A DNA stretch of 64,000 bases from Candidatus Culexmicrobium cathedralense (GTDB lineage: Archaea; Thermoproteota; Methanomethylicia; Culexarchaeales; Culexmicrobiaceae): positions 32,001 to 96,000 of the forward strand of contig JANZKC010000001.1 of assembly GCA_025061115.1 (NCBI GenBank). Reading direction: 5' to 3'. The notes beneath the pieces were generated by a model. The model saw nothing but the letters and a program-made list of their open reading frames with translations, had not been told where the DNA came from and did not search any database. Position 1 is the stretch's first letter. The number at the start of each line of letters is the position of its first letter. Made by a program: the position numbers and the translations under genes. Of the stretch, positions 59,511-64,000 are shown piece by piece.

Positions 59511-61043
59511 ATGCCACAGTTTAAAAGCATAATTGAAGAGGAAGTTGAGGAACCATCCTTGAAGAGGGGATTAAGCCTATACAGCCTATTCTCCATAGGA
59601 TATGCGGATGTTGGAGCAGATGTCTATATTGCGTTAGGCGTAACTGCCATGTTTGCCGCTGGCGGTACACCTCTAGCATTTTTAATTGGATCAATACTCT
59701 ATATCTGCATTGGATTAGCCTACGCTGAACTAGCTTCAACCTATCCATATGCAGGCGGCGCTTCAGTTTACGCAATGATGGCCACAAATGACTTAATAGG
59801 CTTTCTCGCAGGATGGCTCGTAATGCTTGACTACGTTATAGATATTGCATTATTTTCGGTGGCAGCTGCAGGTTACTTGGGATTTGTATTTCCATGGCTT
59901 CTTAAATCGTCTCTGCCAACTCCATTAGGCGTAAGCTTATCTATGATAGGTATAGCGGCTATCGCGATCATAGCAGGTCTTGTGATCGTAAATTACATTG
60001 GGATCAAGCCTTCTGCAGCATTAACAGTTATCCTAGTAACTGGTAATCTTGCCATTTTATCGATGGTCCTAGGCTTAGGATATACAACAACTTGGAACTT
60101 TGAAAAATTCGTTACCAATTTAGCCGAAATTGGTGGCGACTTCATCAGCGAAGAAGTGGGCTATACAGGTTTACTAAGTGTACGTTTTGAGAATTTCCTT
60201 TACGGCTTAACGCTAGCCATGTCATCATTCATTGGAATAGAATCAATCGCACAAGCAGCTGAAGAAGCTGAAAAGCCTTACAAGAATTTATCTAAAGCAG
60301 CTGGAATTTCAGTTATCATGGTCGTAGTGTCAGTATTGAGTTGCTCTATACTTGGGTTAGGAGTACTAGGATGGAGAGGACTTGCAGAAGCTCAATTCAA
60401 TCCAGTTGCAGCCATCGTTGAGCGAGTCCCAATCATTGGATCACATGCAGCTATGCTGGTAGCTATAGTTGCTTTTGCCATGACAGTAGCATCAACAAAT
60501 ACAGGCGTAATAGGAGTTTCAAGACTAGTATTCTCAATGGGGAAATTCCTCCTACTTCCAAGGTGGTTTTACAAAGTTCATCCAAAATTTAGAACGCCAA
60601 CAAGAAGCATACTAATGTTCTCTGCAATAGCAATAGTTGTGGTTCTTTGGGGAGCACTTCAGCCGAACATTCTAGTGTTCATTTCAAGCCTATACAATTT
60701 CGGAGCACTCCTATCGTACATACTCGTCCTACTAGCACTCATCATACTTAGAAATGATGATAGAAAAACTAAGAGGCTCTACAAAGCACCAGGCACAATA
60801 ATAGTAAGGAGAAATGGCAAAATAATTGAGCTCCCAATTCTAGGCATTATTGGACTCATAGGAATTGGGAGCGTATGGCTATTAGTAGTTATATACCATA
60901 CAACTGCGAGAATTATGGGCTTCACATGGATCCTAATTGGATTGATCATCTACTCAATCTATAGGAGAAGAATCAACCTCTCAATAACTTCAAAGTTTGG
61001 AAGAGAAATGCTCGGTATTAAAGAGAACAACAATTCAAATTAA
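59511..61043 (+). CDS. APC family amino acid permease
   Basis: YADVGA..Y, YAELAS.YP.AGG, GIESIAQ.AEE, SRL.FSMG...HPKFRTP. Confidence 0.92.
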   Translation: MPQFKSIIEEEVEEPSLKRGLSLYSLFSIGYADVGADVYIALGVTAMFAAGGTPLAFLIGSILYICIGLAYAELASTYPYAGGASVYAMMATNDLIGFLAGWLVMLDYVIDIALFSVAAAGYLGFVFPWLLKSSLPTPLGVSLSMIGIAAIAIIAGLVIVNYIGIKPSAALTVILVTGNLAILSMVLGLGYTTTWNFEKFVTNLAEIGGDFISEEVGYTGLLSVRFENFLYGLTLAMSSFIGIESIAQAAEEAEKPYKNLSKAAGISVIMVVVSVLSCSILGLGVLGWRGLAEAQFNPVAAIVERVPIIGSHAAMLVAIVAFAMTVASTNTGVIGVSRLVFSMGKFLLLPRWFYKVHPKFRTPTRSILMFSAIAIVVVLWGALQPNILVFISSLYNFGALLSYILVLLALIILRNDDRKTKRLYKAPGTIIVRRNGKIIELPILGIIGLIGIGSVWLLVVIYHTTARIMGFTWILIGLIIYSIYRRRINLSITSKFGREMLGIKENNNSN

Positions 61044-61158
61044 CATTAAAATAAATTCTTCAAAATATTTAATAAATCAATGACGCTTAACTATAATGCG
61101 CAGGACATAATATTATTTTATAGCAATACAAGGTTAAACTTGAAGAATTGGTGATAAC

Positions 61159-61674
61159 ATGAAAAAGTTAAAGCTCAAAGGTGCCTTAAAACCAATAGGA
61201 GTAGTTCACGTCCAGCATAGTGATGAAGAAGTGTCATCATCACTCAATGGAGTTGATGGAATAGTCGAAGTTTATCCAGAGTACGCTGATGGACTCAAAG
61301 GAATTGACGGATTCAGCCACATAATATTATTAGCATACCTCCACAAAGTTAGAAGTGATCAAAGAAAAATTCTCGTAGTAAGATTCAGGAAATTTCTGAG
61401 GTTCGGATTTAAATTTGAAGAGCTACCTGAAGCAGGAGTTTTTGCTTCCGACTCTCCGGTGAGGCCTAACCCTATAGCAGTAAGCATAGTTAAACTTGTT
61501 GGAAGAACTGGCAGATTTCTACGCGTTTCCGGACTAGACCTCTTTGATGGAACGCCCATTTTGGACATTAAACCTTACACGCCTGATAGAGTTATAAATA
61601 ATTATCACCTACCTTATTGGTATGAAAGATTTTTGATAAAAGTAAGAAATAAATTAAATATTAAAGGGATATAA
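61159..61674 (+). CDS. tsaA: tRNA m6t6A37 methyltransferase TrmO/TsaA family
   Basis: PIG, GIDGFSHI, GVFA..SP.RPNPI, GLDLFDGTPILDIKPY. Confidence 0.9.
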   Translation: MKKLKLKGALKPIGVVHVQHSDEEVSSSLNGVDGIVEVYPEYADGLKGIDGFSHIILLAYLHKVRSDQRKILVVRFRKFLRFGFKFEELPEAGVFASDSPVRPNPIAVSIVKLVGRTGRFLRVSGLDLFDGTPILDIKPYTPDRVINNYHLPYWYERFLIKVRNKLNIKGI

Positions 61675-61764
61675 GCACATTCAGGACCTATGCCAGTAAA
61701 ATTTAAATTTAAGAAGTTATTGTTTATGCTGGCAGCTTCAACGCATTCACCCATTCGCTGTTAA

Positions 61765-62979
61765 ATGCTAGCAACAATTGTAATTCTCACCTTTTGGAGG
61801 ACGAGTAGGATGAGAGTAGACTCCCTACTCCAAATAGTTCTTCCATATGTGGAAGTGATCCGTGAAAGTATAGTTAGAATAGTGGAGCTCGGCTTAAGTA
61901 GAGTTCACCACGAGTTTGTTTCAGTTGCATTGGCAAGTGTGATTATCCTATTTGCTGCTATGATCAGCTTAAAAGTGGAGGTTACCTCAGCAATACTTGA
62001 AATTTCATTTGGAGCAATAGCAGCTACGCTGGGATTTGCACCATCCCATAGCCTCCACACCCTTTCATCTATGGGAGCAGTCTTGCTGATGTTTATTGCC
62101 GGCTCTGAAATAGATGTTAAATTACTTCAAAAATATGGGTTGAAATGCCTGGTAATCGGGATGATTAGCTTCACTGCACCCATGATAATAATAACCATGC
62201 TACTACATTATTCCGGTCATGAAATTGCTCAAGCAGTTTTAATTGCAACTGCCCTTTCAACGACTAGCGTTGCCATTGTCTACTCATTTATTGATCAAGC
62301 CAATTTAAGGGGTACCAAGCTTGGCGTAATAATGATTGCATCAGCCATGGTAGCTGACGTTTTAAGCATGGTTACGTTAACAGTTATATTCATTGGCGCA
62401 AACATAGCTACAGCGCTATATGTGCTAATAATACTGGCAATATTATACTTGCCAAGGATATTCAAGCGAGTTGCAGGGTTAAGATATGAATTCGAGCTTA
62501 AATTCATAGTTATGGTGTTAATATCGCTAGCAATTTTATCCGAATTTCTAGGTGTTCACGCAATCCTTACGGCGTTCATTCTAGGCATGTTCATATCAGA
62601 AATATTCCGCGAACACAGAATTCTCGAGGCAAAGATCAGGGGGTTGGCGCTTGGCTTTCTCACTCCATTTTTCTTCTTCGTAGCAGGAACCAACATCAAT
62701 TTAACGAAAATATTTGATTACACTGAAATCGCGCTTCTTTACACTGCACTTTCAATAATGCTAAAATACATATTCACTGCAATACCAATGGCATTTTATG
62801 CTAAAATTAAGAGCTCGAAAATGCCGATGATATTTGCAGCAAGGTTAACTTTGTCAACAATAGCTGCAATAACAGGATTAAATCAAGGAATAATAAGTGC
62901 AGATATTTACTCGTCAATTTTAATATCTTCACTCCTTTCAACAATGATTGTAGCTTTCATACTTAATAAAAATGAGTAA
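61765..62979 (+). CDS. Cation:proton antiporter (CPA2)
   Basis: LMFIAG.EID, LSTTSVA, AMVAD, FLTPFFF..AG; real start possibly ATG 61810 or later. Confidence 0.88.
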   Translation: MLATIVILTFWRTSRMRVDSLLQIVLPYVEVIRESIVRIVELGLSRVHHEFVSVALASVIILFAAMISLKVEVTSAILEISFGAIAATLGFAPSHSLHTLSSMGAVLLMFIAGSEIDVKLLQKYGLKCLVIGMISFTAPMIIITMLLHYSGHEIAQAVLIATALSTTSVAIVYSFIDQANLRGTKLGVIMIASAMVADVLSMVTLTVIFIGANIATALYVLIILAILYLPRIFKRVAGLRYEFELKFIVMVLISLAILSEFLGVHAILTAFILGMFISEIFREHRILEAKIRGLALGFLTPFFFFVAGTNINLTKIFDYTEIALLYTALSIMLKYIFTAIPMAFYAKIKSSKMPMIFAARLTLSTIAAITGLNQGIISADIYSSILISSLLSTMIVAFILNKNE

Positions 62980-63015
62980 ATAATATTATGCTAAAATAAG
63001 TAAAATTTATTTAAC

Positions 63016-63690
63016 CTAAACTTCTCCCGATTCCTTTTCAATTACTGCTTCAATGTCCTTTAGTACTCTTTCAGCTTCCTCTATTTTTGCTGTTTCACCA
63101 GCTTTCAATACCTCAGCAATATTCTCAGAGAGTAAATCGTCAATGGACCTTCCCGATAGCATTAACCTACCTCTCTTAATGATCACGGGTGCAGGCTCTA
63201 TAACAGCCCCCCTAATGAAGGCCATTTCCTCATTAATTGGAGTTACAATGAGGCTGCCTACAGTTCTATCGTCCAGCTTGATGTGATATATGTGGTCGCC
63301 GTAAGCAGTTGTGAGCACCTTTTCCAGCGAGTAATCTACAGCCTTCTCTATTAATGCTGACACATTGGATACTACGCTCTCAACAACTTTACTTACTTCC
63401 TCATCTGCCACTCTTTTGAAGTACTCTAGCCTCAAAGTGCCGTAAAGCCATTGAATTTTTCCATTCTTAACTTCATATTCAATTCTAGCTCTAATCACAT
63501 CGCCCTTATCAGACTTCAGCTTATCGACAATGATATAGTAAAGTATTCTGTTTAGCTCTGCAGATGCCCTGGCAATTTCTTGAGGAGCTACTTCTCCACG
63601 CTTAATAAAGTCTCTAAGCTGAGCAAACAGCGTCTTCCTAATTTTATCTGCATAAGCCCCTGCAATTATCAGTCCAGTACTCAGTTGCAT
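63016..63690 (-). CDS. DUF2258 / ThermoDBP-related single-stranded nucleic-acid binding protein
   Basis: LSTGLIIAGAYADKIR.TLFAQL...AELN..LY...DKGDVIR; ATG 63690 after GGGTGA (track start 63705). Confidence 0.88.
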   Translation of the reverse strand: MQLSTGLIIAGAYADKIRKTLFAQLRDFIKRGEVAPQEIARASAELNRILYYIIVDKLKSDKGDVIRARIEYEVKNGKIQWLYGTLRLEYFKRVADEEVSKVVESVVSNVSALIEKAVDYSLEKVLTTAYGDHIYHIKLDDRTVGSLIVTPINEEMAFIRGAVIEPAPVIIKRGRLMLSGRSIDDLLSENIAEVLKAGETAKIEEAERVLKDIEAVIEKESGEV

Positions 63691-64000
63691 CTTACGCTCA
63701 CCCACATTAAGTTATACATACATCGCTCAAAAACATTTCACTTAAATACGGTTAGCACAACGTCCGCTCAGACCACAACAACAATTAATTCAAGGTACAA
63801 CCGTGAATTCTAAGATAAGTAAACCTTAATTTAAAATGAGATAATTACAATGAGAAGCAAAATGCAGCGAAGCTAATATTTATCCAAAGGATGCTAAAAT
63901 GAATTGTGCTATACATAATACACACGACAGGCAAGTGCAATTTGAACTGCAAATATTGTGGGGGAAGCTTTCCGCCAGAAATCGTTCCTTGGAAAGTTCA

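Noticed and set aside
14643-63813. Many antisense ORFs in the track (e.g. 14643..15194, 22409..22960, 27080..27532, 46253..46714, 63580..63813)
   Set aside because: They overlap well-supported genes on the opposite strand and have no motifs
1-64000. CRISPR array, tRNA/rRNA, integrase or transposase
   Set aside because: No spaced direct repeats, cloverleafs, long GC-rich RNA tracts or recombinase motifs seen by eye

Overview
AT-rich archaeal chromosomal segment, most likely from Thermoproteota (TACK). Evidence: a Cren7-family chromatin gene, a DUF2258/ThermoDBP-related gene, a thiolase+DUF35 pair, GGTGA/GGAGG RBSs and TTTA(A/T)A TATA boxes. About 1-21 kb is an accessory region. It holds an EVE-domain gene followed by a Zn-ribbon-fused Upf1/DNA2-type SF1 helicase that runs off the left edge, a secreted matrixin with a possible TIMP/NTR-fold partner, and an unannotated box H/ACA guide RNA whose pocket matches 23S rRNA helix 69. 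It also holds one intact and one decayed VapBC-type TA pair, an ArsR-ABC exporter operon led by an unannotated Cys-rich mini-protein, and several pseudogenes. About 21-64 kb is mostly peptide/amino-acid catabolism and transport: amidohydrolases, prolyl oligopeptidase, M3-like peptidase, PEPCK, and MFS/ZIP/CDF/APC/CPA transporters. It includes an uncharacterised four-gene DUF6754 membrane complex and a three-gene wHTH module. Several small genes are missing from the ORF track (Zn-type Cren7 and two Cys-rich mini-proteins). No tRNA, rRNA, CRISPR array, integrase or transposase was seen. All family assignments come from motif recognition by eye, not from database searches.
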